Source: an uncultured Trueperaceae bacterium (GTDB taxonomy: Bacteria > Deinococcota > Deinococci > Deinococcales > Trueperaceae). From it: 64,000 nt of DNA. The stretch is from positions 448,001 through 512,000 of the forward strand of contig CAWFFU010000011.1 of NCBI GenBank assembly GCA_963815215.1, given 5' to 3'. Numbering within the stretch: position 1 is the stretch's first letter; each line of letters starts with the position of its first letter. Positions 40,381 through 50,352 of this stretch are shown here, piece after piece. The notes beneath the pieces were generated by a model, which had not been told where the DNA came from, searched no databases, and saw only the letters and a list, made by a program, of their open reading frames with translations. The position numbers were made by a program, and so were the translations under genes.

Positions 40381-40387
40381 GTGAGCT

Positions 40388-41500
40388 TCAGCGTACCGGA
40401 AGCCGGGCATAGAGTGCCGTACCTTGCCCCGGCACACTCTCGATGCGCAGGCTGCCACCGAGCACTTCGAGGCGCTCGCGCATACCCATCAGACCCACCT
40501 GCTCGCCCGGCAACAACGCGTCCTCGTCGAAGCCGATCCCGTCGTCCTCGACCACGCACTGCACGTAGCTGTTGTAGGACGTCACCACCACCGAGCCACG
40601 CCCCGCCGAGGCGTGACGCACCATGTTCGTGAGCCCCTCCTGGACCACCCGGTAGAGCACGATCTCCTCCTGGTGATCGAGCCTCGAGGGCAGGTTGACG
40701 AGCACGCTCACGTCCAGGTCGTAGCGCTCGTGGATGTCGCGGGCGTAGCGTCGCAGCCCTGCCTCCAGACCGAGCTCGTCCAGGACCGAGGGCCGCAGGT
40801 CGAGGGCGATGCGCCGCACGTCGGAGAGCGTCACCGAGGTGAGCTCTTTGAGCCGCTGCAGGCTCCTGGAATCAGGGTGATCGATGTTCTGGTCGAGACC
40901 TAGCAGCAGTGCCGTGAGCGCCTGACCGATCTGATCGTGCAGGTCGCGCGAGATGCGACCGCGTTCCTCCTCCTGCGCGGTCAGGAACGCCTGGAGCAGG
41001 CGCGAGCGCTGCTGCTCCTTCTCGGCGAGACGCTGGTGCAGATGGGTGTGCTTCAGCGACGCCCGCATCACGTCGACCACCGCGCCGAGGAAACCCTGCG
41101 AGACGTCCTCGCCGCCCGACAGCGCGAGCAGTGCCACGTCGTCGATAGGCACCAGCAACCAATCGCCGGTACGGGACGCGTCGCCGGCGGTCATCACAGG
41201 CTCCCCCTCGACGATCAGGTCGGGACGCTTGGGGCACGCACGCAACGGGTCGAACGGGCACAACCCCACCGTCACGGTCGCCAGTGGGCGACCGGGACCC
41301 TGGCGCAGCAACGCCTCCCCGCAGTTGAACCAACCCATCTCCAAGAGAGCGGTCAACGAGCGCTCGAGCACCTCCGACGCCTGGCTGGTATCTGCGACGG
41401 CCTCGGCCAGAATGTGGAGGGTCTCCAATTCGCGGGTGCGGCGTCCCGCCTCGTCGAGCGTGTCGATCATCCTGACCATCGGGAGCACCCGCTTGAGCAT
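40388..41500 (-). CDS. Soluble HisKA_3 sensor kinase with GAF-like N-terminus
   Basis: EEERGRISRDLHD, QEGLTN, DDGIGF, GLMGMRER; no TM; TATGAT-N6-ATG. Confidence 0.92.
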   Translation of the reverse strand: MLKRVLPMVRMIDTLDEAGRRTRELETLHILAEAVADTSQASEVLERSLTALLEMGWFNCGEALLRQGPGRPLATVTVGLCPFDPLRACPKRPDLIVEGEPVMTAGDASRTGDWLLVPIDDVALLALSGGEDVSQGFLGAVVDVMRASLKHTHLHQRLAEKEQQRSRLLQAFLTAQEEERGRISRDLHDQIGQALTALLLGLDQNIDHPDSRSLQRLKELTSVTLSDVRRIALDLRPSVLDELGLEAGLRRYARDIHERYDLDVSVLVNLPSRLDHQEEIVLYRVVQEGLTNMVRHASAGRGSVVVTSYNSYVQCVVEDDGIGFDEDALLPGEQVGLMGMRERLEVLGGSLRIESVPGQGTALYARLPVR

Positions 41501-41518
41501 GCCACCATCATAGGCGGC

Positions 41519-42064
41519 CTACCCGACCGAGGGCGCTTCGACGGGGACCGTCTCGCCGACCACCGTGGGCTGCGGCCGGACCATCATCACCGGGATGTGC
41601 AGGCGGCGCAGGACGGCCTCGGCGACGCTCCCGAGGACCAGCCGTTCGAGCCCGCTGCGGCCGTGCGTCGCCATCACGACCAAGGCCATCGCCTCGCTCT
41701 CGGCCACGTCGATGATCTCCCCGGCCGCCTCACCGAACCGGACGACGGTCGTCACGTGGAACCCCGCCTGCGTGAGCAGCTGGACCTCCGGCTCGAGATT
41801 CGCCCGCAACTCCGCCTTGAGGCCGTCCCATACCTGGCTCTGGAAGACGGGGTGGGCCTGATCGGTGTCGCCTCGTCCCATCAGCCAGCCGTCGAGCGCC
41901 AGCGGACGCGGTGGCGGACTGGACACGCCCTCGGGTGTCGACGCCACCCGCAGGAGCGTCACCGCATACGCGCTCGGGTCGAGAAGCGACCGAACGTACG
42001 GCAGCACCTGCCGGCTGAACTCCGAACCGTCCAACGGCACGAGAACCTTGCGGTCGGCCATCAC
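41519..42064 (-). CDS. Universal stress protein
   Basis: VLVPLDGS, VMATHGRSG, GSVAEAVLR. Confidence 0.92.
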   Translation of the reverse strand: MMADRKVLVPLDGSEFSRQVLPYVRSLLDPSAYAVTLLRVASTPEGVSSPPPRPLALDGWLMGRGDTDQAHPVFQSQVWDGLKAELRANLEPEVQLLTQAGFHVTTVVRFGEAAGEIIDVAESEAMALVVMATHGRSGLERLVLGSVAEAVLRRLHIPVMMVRPQPTVVGETVPVEAPSVG

Positions 42065-42116
42065 GCCACCTCCTCCGGATCCCCCGAAGGTCGGGATGCC
42101 GCGCCGGGCACCCCGC

Positions 42117-42566
42117 TCACTCCTCCTGGTCGTGCGTACGGATCAACAGGAACGGCTTGCTCGATCGTCTCAGCGCGCCCTCAGCCACCGACCCGAACAT
42201 CCACCGGTTGAAGCCCCGACGGCCATGGGTCCCCATGATGACCGCATCGCACTCGCCCTCGGCATCGTGGATGGCCTGGACCGGATCGCGGTTCTCGACG
42301 AGGCGCGTCTCCACCTTCACGCCGGCCTCGCCGGCCTTGGCCGCCGCGTCGTCGAGCACGCCCTGCGCGGCGGTCTTGAGGTCCTCGTAGAGTTGCGCCG
42401 AGTACGGAAGCGTCTCGGGGGTGGCGTACCCGGTGGTCAACGGGTTCTCCAGCACGTGCAAGAACAGCACCTGAGAGCCGAGGCGCCGGGCGAGATCGAG
42501 TCCGTGCTCGATCGCGTGATTGGCGCAAGCGCTCCCGTCGGTCGGCATCAGGATCTTCTGGTACAT
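42117..42566 (-). CDS. Universal stress protein
   Basis: ILMPTDGS, MGTHGRRG, GSVAE. Confidence 0.92.
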   Translation of the reverse strand: MYQKILMPTDGSACANHAIEHGLDLARRLGSQVLFLHVLENPLTTGYATPETLPYSAQLYEDLKTAAQGVLDDAAAKAGEAGVKVETRLVENRDPVQAIHDAEGECDAVIMGTHGRRGFNRWMFGSVAEGALRRSSKPFLLIRTHDQEE

Positions 42567-43001
42567 GGCTCCGGCCTCCCTGCGAACCGCTCGCAGCGCG
42601 GTCTTGGCGACCGCCCTCGAGTTCAGCGTAGGGAGGCGTCCCCACGGGGCCATCCTGGATTGCGCCGACGCCCATGTCGGAGTTTTGCCGACGCGACCGC
42701 TTCGGGGTCCATGCTCGACTGAGAGCGGATCGAGGAGCGCGGCCGCGCCGCACCCGACAGCCCGACGCCCCAGCGCTCCTCCCCATGGTCACCGTGACCT
42801 ACCCCCGGCAACCCGCGGTCACGGTGGCCACCCTTCGCAGGTGTCCGGCGTGCCGTACCCGGCCGCCGGATGCCGCGCAGGGCGTCCCTTCCGGGGACGG
42901 GGCATCGCCGTTGGCACCTGGTTGGTGTCGGTGGCGCTCCCCAGAGCGTTCCCGCGGTCCTCGGCGTCCGGATGCATCGGGCGCACCCCCTGGGAGGCCG
43001 T

Positions 43002-43205
43002 ATGATCGCCGTCGCCTGCCCTATCTGCGAAGCCGTCATCGAGCTCGAGGATCCGATCCTGGACGCCACCCTGGTCTGCCCCGAATGCGGTGAGGAGTGG
43101 CGCCTGGTCGCCGTCGACCCGCCCGAGCTGGTCTACGCCCGGGACATGGAGGAGGAGGTCGCTATCGACCCCGACGAGGACCATCCTCGCGAGAGTCCCG
43201 CCTGA
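43002..43205 (+). CDS. LysW-like zinc-ribbon protein lacking EDWGE terminus
   Basis: SD GGGAGG; CPIC-x16-CPEC, VAVDPPEL, acidic tail. Confidence 0.7.
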   Translation: MIAVACPICEAVIELEDPILDATLVCPECGEEWRLVAVDPPELVYARDMEEEVAIDPDEDHPRESPA

Positions 43206-43232
43206 CGCTACCCCCTCCCTACAACGTCGAGT

Positions 43233-43257
43233 GGGGGCGGCCTATCGGGCCGCCCCC
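43233..43257. terminator. Hairpin between convergent genes
   Basis: GGGGGCGGCC-TATCG-GGCCGCCCCC. Confidence 0.6.
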
Positions 43258-43289
43258 GCGTCGTGTTCGCCGCCGCCCCGGACCGCGAC

Positions 43290-43841
43290 TCAGTCGTCGG
43301 CCACCGGCCGCCCCAACTCCGGGTCGGACCCCACCGCCGCCGCTTCGAGACGATCGGCGATGCGCGTCGCCCACAGCTCCACGCGCGCGAAATTGCGGAA
43401 GTCGCCACTCACGGCCCGCATCGAGCGATTGATCAACCAGTCCTGGAGGTTGAGCACGTCGGGATCGATCTTGCCGGCGAAGAGGGCGATGTCGAGTGGT
43501 CGCACCGACATCACCAGCCCGCGCAGCTCGTCCGGGTAGACCCAGCCGGCCAGCGCCTCGACCGGATCGCCGGGCGTGGTGGGCCCGCTGGAGAAGAGCC
43601 ACACCGGGAGCGCGCTCAGCTCCTCCTGATAGCTCTCCAACAGCTCACGGGCGTCCTCCAGCCAACCGCCGGAGTACAGCGCGCTACCCAGCACCACGGC
43701 CCGGTATCCCTCCAGCCGCGCGACCTCGCCGGCCGGCCGGACGTCTACGGCGCTGCCACGCTCCCGTAGCACCCTGCCGATCGCCTCGGCGATCTCCCGG
43801 GTGGCTCCATACCGGCTGGCGTAGGCGATGAGGATCGGCAC
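43290..43841 (-). CDS. Flavodoxin-domain protein (HemG-like)
   Basis: IAYASRYGATREIA, LGSALY, WLFSSGP, GDFRN. Confidence 0.85.
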   Translation of the reverse strand: MPILIAYASRYGATREIAEAIGRVLRERGSAVDVRPAGEVARLEGYRAVVLGSALYSGGWLEDARELLESYQEELSALPVWLFSSGPTTPGDPVEALAGWVYPDELRGLVMSVRPLDIALFAGKIDPDVLNLQDWLINRSMRAVSGDFRNFARVELWATRIADRLEAAAVGSDPELGRPVADD

Positions 43842-43974
43842 CAGGCACCTCCGCGCTCCATCGATGGTCGCGCTGTCACACCGACGGTAGTGCCGATGGC
43901 TGGGCCACCCCAGGGCGAATCGTCCGACACCCCCTGTAGGATTTTGCCGGACGCTCGACGCGATCCCGCCGGCC

Positions 43975-44289
43975 TCAGCTCTGCTCGTCCAGCACGTCCT
44001 CGAGCCAGGTCATGGCACGCATCATGGAGGGGAACCCGAGGGTCGTCGTCGCCTGCAGGACCGCGTGGCGAAGCTCCGAAGCGCCGATGCCGGCCTTCAG
44101 TGCGCGCCGGGCATGACTGTGGAGCGCCCCTTCGTGCGCCGATCCCACGGCCAGCGCGAACTTCACCAGACGCTGCTCGCGTTCGCTCAACGGGCCGGCG
44201 TCGGTGGCGGCCCGGCCGAGGCTCTCGTAGGCCCCGACGACGTCGGGATAGCGTTCCTTCAGGCGTTCGTACGGTTTGGGGCGGCTCAT
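43975..44289 (-). CDS. Carboxymuconolactone decarboxylase (CMD/AhpD-like) family
   Basis: GPLSEREQRLVK, GALHSHARRA, GFP. Confidence 0.85.
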   Translation of the reverse strand: MSRPKPYERLKERYPDVVGAYESLGRAATDAGPLSEREQRLVKFALAVGSAHEGALHSHARRALKAGIGASELRHAVLQATTTLGFPSMMRAMTWLEDVLDEQS

Positions 44290-44495
44290 GGGTACGCTCC
44301 TCTCGGGGGTTCTCGTGCGTAGGTCCGTCGTGTATAGGTCCGTCGCGCGCCGGCCGGGGGCCGGTCCAGACGGTCGGGATGGCGTGCCGACCGCGCGCGC
44401 CCGTATCGCCCCCCATGCTACCTGCGGGCGCGACACGACAGCGGGCGGAGCCCGTACGCGCCGGGCCCCGCCCAGGGATGTCGCTGGCCGGCGCC

Positions 44496-44945
44496 CTAGT
44501 GGGCGACCGGGAGACCGGCGCTCGTCCAGGCGCCGAGGCCGCCGGCGATGTTCTTGACGTTCGAGTAGCCGAGCATCTTCAGGTACAGCGTGCCGTAGAA
44601 GCCGCGCGTGCCGGCCGCGCAGTACACCAGGATCGGCTCGTCGAGGTTCGAGGGGAGCTTGTCCAGACTGTTCGCGAGGTCCGTGATCGGCACCAGAACC
44701 GCGCCCTGGATATGGCCGTTCTGATCCCACTCACTCTGGTTGCGCACGTCGAGGAGGAAGGGCTGGATGGCGTCGATCTGCTGCAGCGCCGCCGCCGGGT
44801 TGACCTGCAACCAGCCGGCCTGGCTGGCTTCGGCGATGACCTTGGCGAACGCCTCGGAGCCGGGCGTCGGGGCGGGACCCTGCGCGAAGGCAGGGATCGT
44901 CGCGAGGAGGAAGAAGGCTGCGAGCGTGGCGAGGATACGTCTCAT
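44496..44945 (-). CDS. Exported rhodanese (Sud-like sulfurtransferase)
   Basis: signal peptide ending AFA, LDVR, GHIQGA, YCAAGTR, GGLGAW. Confidence 0.88.
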   Translation of the reverse strand: MRRILATLAAFFLLATIPAFAQGPAPTPGSEAFAKVIAEASQAGWLQVNPAAALQQIDAIQPFLLDVRNQSEWDQNGHIQGAVLVPITDLANSLDKLPSNLDEPILVYCAAGTRGFYGTLYLKMLGYSNVKNIAGGLGAWTSAGLPVAH

Positions 44946-45003
44946 GACAGGTGTTCTCCTTTCTCTAGGGGTTCGGACCCCCTTGGAGACGATGGTTCGG
45001 GGT

Positions 45004-45047
45004 GGGCCCGCGCTGGGCCCCGGACGTCGCGGGCCCAGCGCGGGCCC
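45004..45047. repeat. Perfect 17-bp inverted repeat between psrC and rhodanese
   Basis: GGGCCCGCGCTGGGCCC-N10-GGGCCCAGCGCGGGCCC. Confidence 0.85.
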
Positions 45048-45054
45048 GTGGACG

Positions 45055-45861
45055 TCACGACAGAGGCGGCATGAAGGCTCCGATCTCGACCAACAGCGTG
45101 CGGGCGAGCACCGCACCTGCCACCACCAGCACACCGGCCACCGCCGGATAGCGGCGAAGCAGGGCCGGGCCCAGCAGCATGGCGGCGAGCGCCGCCACGA
45201 ACAGCGTGCCGCCCTCGTGCCACAGGTGACTCAACCCTTCGCGTGCGGCCAGCCCGCCGACGGCGAGACCGACCAGGTAGAGACCGCCCAGTAGCCCGCC
45301 TCCGAGCCCCAGCACAGCCACGGCCGGGCGCAGGTCGTTCTGCCGGAACAGCAGGGCCAGACCCCAGGCCAGCAGCAACCCGGTCACCGGCATGAACGCC
45401 AGCAGCAGCGGCGTCCACAGCGGCCTCGCGCTGTTGGCGGCGAGCGCCAGTCCCGGATACAGCAGCGCCATCGTCGAGGTCACCGCCAGCAGGGCTCCCC
45501 ACAGCCGCCTGGGTCCCCATCCGAAGGCGAGCAGGAGCCCGAGAACGGCCGAGCCGGCCAGGCCCCACGCCCCCCACCAGATGGCCGAAGCCGGACGGAC
45601 GCTGAGGAACAGGTAGACGTGCGTCAGACGCCAGCGCGCCAGCGACTCGGCCCACAGCACCACCATGTCCAACGCGATGAGGCCGACCGAGAGGGCGGGG
45701 AGGCGCCAGCCGAGACGGTCCCGCCCGAGCGCACGGTAAGCAAGCAACATCGCGACGCCGCCCGCTAAGGCCACGAGGCAGAAGTGGACGAGGGTGGGCC
45801 AGTGCCAGAAGGCACCGTCGTTGACTGCGCCGTAGAAGGTCGTCACGGGATCTCCCGTCAC
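45055..45861 (-). CDS. psrC: Polysulfide reductase membrane subunit (NrfD family)
   Basis: FYG..FWHW..HF..LAGG as in Thermus PsrC; SAIWWGAW, YPG. Confidence 0.88.
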   Translation of the reverse strand: MTGDPVTTFYGAVNDGAFWHWPTLVHFCLVALAGGVAMLLAYRALGRDRLGWRLPALSVGLIALDMVVLWAESLARWRLTHVYLFLSVRPASAIWWGAWGLAGSAVLGLLLAFGWGPRRLWGALLAVTSTMALLYPGLALAANSARPLWTPLLLAFMPVTGLLLAWGLALLFRQNDLRPAVAVLGLGGGLLGGLYLVGLAVGGLAAREGLSHLWHEGGTLFVAALAAMLLGPALLRRYPAVAGVLVVAGAVLARTLLVEIGAFMPPLS

Positions 45862-46442
45862 CGGAGCACCCCCTCTCGCGTGAGCCCGAAGCGGGCGGGA
45901 GCGTTGAGGTACACGAGCTTCGGGTGGGTCCCCTGCTCGGGCTTGAGGACCTCGACCCGCTGCGCGGCCCGGATGGCGCGACTCACGTCACTGTTCGGAT
46001 CGTCGAGGTCGCCGAAGGAGCGACACAGGGTGGGGCAGGTCTCCACGCACGCCGGTACGCGGCCCTCGGCGAGCCGGTGCTCGCAGAAGGTGCACTTGCC
46101 GACGAAGCCGCGCTCGTCGAAGTAGCGCGCCCCGTACGGGCACGCGGCGATGCAAGCGCCGCAGGCGATGCAGGTCTCGGCGTCCACCAGCACGATGCCG
46201 TCGTCGGTGACGTGACTGGCCCCGGTCGGACAGACCCCGACGCAGGGCGGGTCCGCGCACTGCATGCACTGCTCCGGTCGGTACTGCATGGCGAGATCGG
46301 GGAAGGTGCCCGACTCCTCGAGCCGGATCCACAACCGGCTCACGCCGGCCGGGACCTCGTTCTCGAGCTTGCAGGCGACGGCGCATGCGGCGCACCCGAC
46401 GCAGGACGACAGGTCGATCGCCATGGCGTAGCGGGCCATCAC
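45858..46442 (-). CDS. psrB: Polysulfide reductase 4x[4Fe-4S] subunit
   Basis: CVGCAAC, CMQCADPPC..CP, CIACGAC..CPY, KCTFC..CVETCP. Confidence 0.92.
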   Translation of the reverse strand: MMARYAMAIDLSSCVGCAACAVACKLENEVPAGVSRLWIRLEESGTFPDLAMQYRPEQCMQCADPPCVGVCPTGASHVTDDGIVLVDAETCIACGACIAACPYGARYFDERGFVGKCTFCEHRLAEGRVPACVETCPTLCRSFGDLDDPNSDVSRAIRAAQRVEVLKPEQGTHPKLVYLNAPARFGLTREGVLR

Positions 46443-48745
46443 ACGCTCCTCTCGGCCAGCTTGGTGAGGCGCGGCAGCCGCGGCCGCGGCGCACCTGGCA
46501 CGAGCTTGACGAAGTTCACGCGCAGGCCGGCTCCGCCCGAGATGGGGTCGAGTCGGTAGCGGCTCATCAGAGCGGTGTCGGACGCTCCGCGGGCGTTCGC
46601 GATCTTCATGTCGGCGGCACGGTGCCCGAAGCCGTGCACCATGTAGACGCAGTCGCGACGCAAGCGCTCGGTGGCGAACACGGCGATCGGGCCGTCACGC
46701 ACGCCGTCCTGGTTCTCGAGCCAGACGTAGTCGCCACTCTTCAGTCCGAGCGAGGCCGCCTCGGCGGTGTGGATCCACACGGCGTTGTCGCCGTGCATCT
46801 CCATCAGCACCCAGTTGTTCTGGGTCTTGGCGAAGGTGTGCACCGGGCTGCGCCCGTAGAGCAGGCGGTAGCTCCCGGCGGGACCCTCCTCGGGCGCCTC
46901 ATACACCGGCATCGGTTCGAAGCCGGCGTCGGCGAACGACTGCGAGTACAGCTCGATCTTCCCCGACGGCGTGCCGAAGGGATCGAGGTTGCGCTGCTCC
47001 CAGTCGCTGAGGTAGGGGCGGCCGCGCTGCACCAGCGTGCCCACCTGCTTGGCCTTGGCCAGGCTCGAGCCGATGGTGCTCAGCCGCTTGTCGAGGTAGG
47101 TCTCGATGTCGGGCCAGTCGAAGTACTTCTCCAGGCCCAGCCTGAGACCCAGCTCGCGCGCGATCCACCACCCCGGCTTGGTGTCCCACAGGGGTTCGAC
47201 CGCGGGTTGCCGCAACTCGATGAAGGGAGTCTTGTGGGCGATCTCCACCAGATCGTCGTAGCGCTCGAGGTAGGTGGCCTCCGGCAGGATGACGTCGGCC
47301 CACATGACGTGGTCCATGGGGAGCACGTCGATGGCCACGTAGAGGTCGAGCTTCTTGAGCGCCTCCTGGGTACGCGCCACGTTGGGGATGGAGTGGAACA
47401 GGTTCACGCCGTAGGCGATCAGTCCGGCGATGCGGTAGGGCTCGCCGGAGATCATGGCGGGGATGAGCTCCTGCACCGCCGTGGTCTTGGCGAAGAACTT
47501 GCCGTGATCGACCGAGGCGCGGTAGCCGGTGTCGATGGTCTCGCCGCCCGAGGCGCCGGAGCAGCCGCCGGAGGCGGGCTCGAGCGGGAAGGCGGCGTGC
47601 GGGTACTTCTCGATGTAGGGCGGTTGTGCGAAGTAGAAGCCGCCCTCCACGCCGTAGTTGCCCAGCAGCGTGTTGACCAGGTAGAGCGCCCGCATGCGTT
47701 GGGTGTCGTTCCCGTACCAGACGGTGTGCCTTCCCGGCGGCACCACCGCGCGCGGAGCGTGCGCGGCGAGCTCGCGGGCCACGGCACGGATGGCGTCCGC
47801 GTCCAGGTCGGTGATGGGCGCCGCCCACTCGGGCGTGAACGGTTGCACGTGCGCCGTGAGCTCCTCGATGCCGACGGTGTAGCGCTCGACGTAGGCCTTG
47901 TCGTACAGCCCCTCGGTGACCAGCACGTTCAGCCAGGCAAGCAACAATGCGGTGTCGGTGCCCGGCTTGATCGGCAACCAGCGGTCGGCCTTCGAGGCCG
48001 CCACCGAGAAGCGCGGATCGACGACCACCAGCTTCGCCCCGCGCTTGAGCGCGAGGCTGAAGTCCTGGAGCTGGGTGTTGTGGGTGTCCTCGCCGATGTG
48101 GTGTCCGACGAGCACGATGTAGTCGGTGTTCTCCCAGTCGATGGGCTCGTGCCCGCCGATGCCGCGCCCGAACGTCCATTGCGCCGCGGTCTCGCGCGGG
48201 CCGGTGCACAGCGACACCGACGGCTTGCCGACGTTGGGAGTGGCCCACGCCGCCGGCAGGTAGTCACCGAACCAGCTGTCACCGCTGCCGTGCGCGAAGA
48301 AGGCCATCGACTCGCTGCCGTAGCGCTCCTTGATGGCGAGCATGCCCGACGCGATCACGGACAGCGCCTCGTCCCAGGTCGCCTCGCGGTACTTGCCCTC
48401 GCCGCGTTCGCTGCCCTCCATGCGGATGAGGGGCCGCTTCAGGCGATCGGGATCGTAGGTCTGCGCCACCGCGCCCTGGCCCCGCGGACACAAGCGGCCG
48501 CGGGACTTCGGGTTCTTCGTGTAGCCGTCGACCTTCCACACCCGGCCGTCGGCCACCGACGCGCGGACCCCACACTTCCAGAAGCAGTTCTCGCAGTAGG
48601 TGAGGACGGTGCTGACCTCACCGTCGTACCAGGCCTTCGGCGCTCGTGCCAGCGGGTTGGGCAGCTTCAGGGCCTGCGTCTCCGAGGCCACCATCAATGC
48701 GCCCACCGAGGCGGCAGACAACTTGAGGAACTCTCGCCGTTTCAT
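46439..48745 (-). CDS. psrA: Polysulfide/thiosulfate reductase molybdopterin subunit
   Basis: Tat KRREFLK, CENCFWKC..CPRG, Mo-Cys in SLCTGPRE, ADVILP..YLER. Confidence 0.92.
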   Translation of the reverse strand: MKRREFLKLSAASVGALMVASETQALKLPNPLARAPKAWYDGEVSTVLTYCENCFWKCGVRASVADGRVWKVDGYTKNPKSRGRLCPRGQGAVAQTYDPDRLKRPLIRMEGSERGEGKYREATWDEALSVIASGMLAIKERYGSESMAFFAHGSGDSWFGDYLPAAWATPNVGKPSVSLCTGPRETAAQWTFGRGIGGHEPIDWENTDYIVLVGHHIGEDTHNTQLQDFSLALKRGAKLVVVDPRFSVAASKADRWLPIKPGTDTALLLAWLNVLVTEGLYDKAYVERYTVGIEELTAHVQPFTPEWAAPITDLDADAIRAVARELAAHAPRAVVPPGRHTVWYGNDTQRMRALYLVNTLLGNYGVEGGFYFAQPPYIEKYPHAAFPLEPASGGCSGASGGETIDTGYRASVDHGKFFAKTTAVQELIPAMISGEPYRIAGLIAYGVNLFHSIPNVARTQEALKKLDLYVAIDVLPMDHVMWADVILPEATYLERYDDLVEIAHKTPFIELRQPAVEPLWDTKPGWWIARELGLRLGLEKYFDWPDIETYLDKRLSTIGSSLAKAKQVGTLVQRGRPYLSDWEQRNLDPFGTPSGKIELYSQSFADAGFEPMPVYEAPEEGPAGSYRLLYGRSPVHTFAKTQNNWVLMEMHGDNAVWIHTAEAASLGLKSGDYVWLENQDGVRDGPIAVFATERLRRDCVYMVHGFGHRAADMKIANARGASDTALMSRYRLDPISGGAGLRVNFVKLVPGAPRPRLPRLTKLAERSV

Positions 48746-49356
48746 GCTCTGGGGGCAACCTCCTTCAGGACGGACCGCAGGAAGCGGCTCATCTCACCGT
48801 AGAAACCGCTGTCGTCGGCCGCCGCCACGGCGTCGGCGAAGCGAACGAACCAGGCGCACAGGTAGGTCGAGGTCAGCGCCATGGCGGCCCCCACGCGGTT
48901 GCGCTCGAGCAGGAGCTCGACCGCCTCCGCCACGGCGGCAAGGTGATCGGGCAACTCTCGCCAATGCGGATTCGGGCGTAACCCGAGCGCCTCCAGGTCG
49001 GAACGCAGGCGGCGTACGGTGGGGCCCATGAGCTCCACGTCGTGCGCCAGTCCCACATAGGGGGGAGCCGGGACGCCGCCGACGCGGCTCACGAAGAGCG
49101 AGACGTAGCTGGAACGGAGCGTGTCGAAGTCGGGAGGCGCATGCGGGCCGCGCGGCGCGTCGAGCCCGGTGTAGTGTGCCAGAGCGTCGCTGACCTTCCC
49201 CAGTCGGCCGCTCGCCAGATCTTCCCTCAGGCCTTCGGCCGGCGAGCGATAGAGAGCGGCTACGATCTGACAGGCCGCGCCCAGGGCGTCCGCCGTTCGT
49301 TCGCCGTAGATTGGCCCATGCGGGCCCTTCGGATCGAGTGGGTCCAACCCCTCCAT
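48742..49356 (-). CDS. TorD/DmsD family maturation chaperone
   Basis: YVSLF..PPY, ELPDHL; directly upstream of psrA; SD GGGGAGG. Confidence 0.85.
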   Translation of the reverse strand: MEGLDPLDPKGPHGPIYGERTADALGAACQIVAALYRSPAEGLREDLASGRLGKVSDALAHYTGLDAPRGPHAPPDFDTLRSSYVSLFVSRVGGVPAPPYVGLAHDVELMGPTVRRLRSDLEALGLRPNPHWRELPDHLAAVAEAVELLLERNRVGAAMALTSTYLCAWFVRFADAVAAADDSGFYGEMSRFLRSVLKEVAPRA

Positions 49357-49686
49357 CGACACAACCTCCCCAACCGCCTCAACGCTAGGGAGCGGGGTGG
49401 GGGCAGGCCAAGGGCTAAACGTCCCCCACGACATCGCTGCGCTCTGGCGGGGCGGCAAGGAGGCCGTGGCGGAGGCGGTCGGGCGGGGTCGCCCGGGACC
49501 CGGCGGACGCCGAGGCGCAACTCGGTTCCCACCAGTCCCGCTAGGACATTCTTACCTGTACCCGGCTCGCGGCCGCACCTAGCATGAGCCGAGGGTGTCC
49601 TGCGTGAGAGCTTCCTAGCACGACCGAGGCGCGGGTTGCGCCCGCCGGGTCGGCCCGTTTCGGCCGCCCCGGGGGAGAGGCTCGAG

Positions 49687-50352
49687 ATGACGAAGAATCC
49701 GGTCAAAGGTCGGCGCAAGGAGCCCAGGAGGGGCACCTCCAAGGCGTCCGCGACGCGCAAGCGTGGGCCCGCCGACGAGGACGGGGCCGCGCAGGACCCT
49801 CGACCGGTGCTGCTGCTGGGGGTGGGCAACATCCTGTACGGCGACGAGGGCCTGGGCGTCTACATCGTGCACAGGCTGCGCCGCGCGTACAAGATCCCCT
49901 CCGCGCTGAGGATCATCGACGGAGGCGCCGCCGGCTGGCACCTCGAGCCCTACATCGCCGAGGCCCGGCGCGTCGTCATCGTCGACGCGGTCGCCGGCCA
50001 GGCCGGGTCGATCTACCGCTTCAGCCATCGCGATATCCCGGCGTGCATCCAGAAGAACACCCTGATGTCCCACGAGTTGGAGGTCGGCGAGCTGCTGAAG
50101 GCCATGGAGGCCCAGGGCGCTCTTCCGCCCACGCGCATCATCGCCATGGGCGTGACGCCGGCCAGCGCTCCGCTGGATCACCTGTCGATGGGGCTGTCCC
50201 CCGAGGTCGAGAGCCGCCTTCCCGCCCTGGAGCTGGTGCTGCTGGCGGAGCTCGCCGACGCCGGCATGCTGTTGGAACCGCGTAGCCGTCCGCTCGCCGA
50301 TGGGCACGGACCGTCGAACGATCGACGGCCGCGCCGTGGGCAGCATGCATGA
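49687..50352 (+). CDS. Hydrogenase maturation endopeptidase (HybD/HyaD family)
   Basis: GVGNILYGDEGLG, IDGG, IVDAV, SHE. Confidence 0.9.
   Translation: MTKNPVKGRRKEPRRGTSKASATRKRGPADEDGAAQDPRPVLLLGVGNILYGDEGLGVYIVHRLRRAYKIPSALRIIDGGAAGWHLEPYIAEARRVVIVDAVAGQAGSIYRFSHRDIPACIQKNTLMSHELEVGELLKAMEAQGALPPTRIIAMGVTPASAPLDHLSMGLSPEVESRLPALELVLLAELADAGMLLEPRSRPLADGHGPSNDRRPRRGQHA

Noticed and set aside
43002..43205. Calling it lysW
   Set aside because: No EDWGE terminus and no lys operon context
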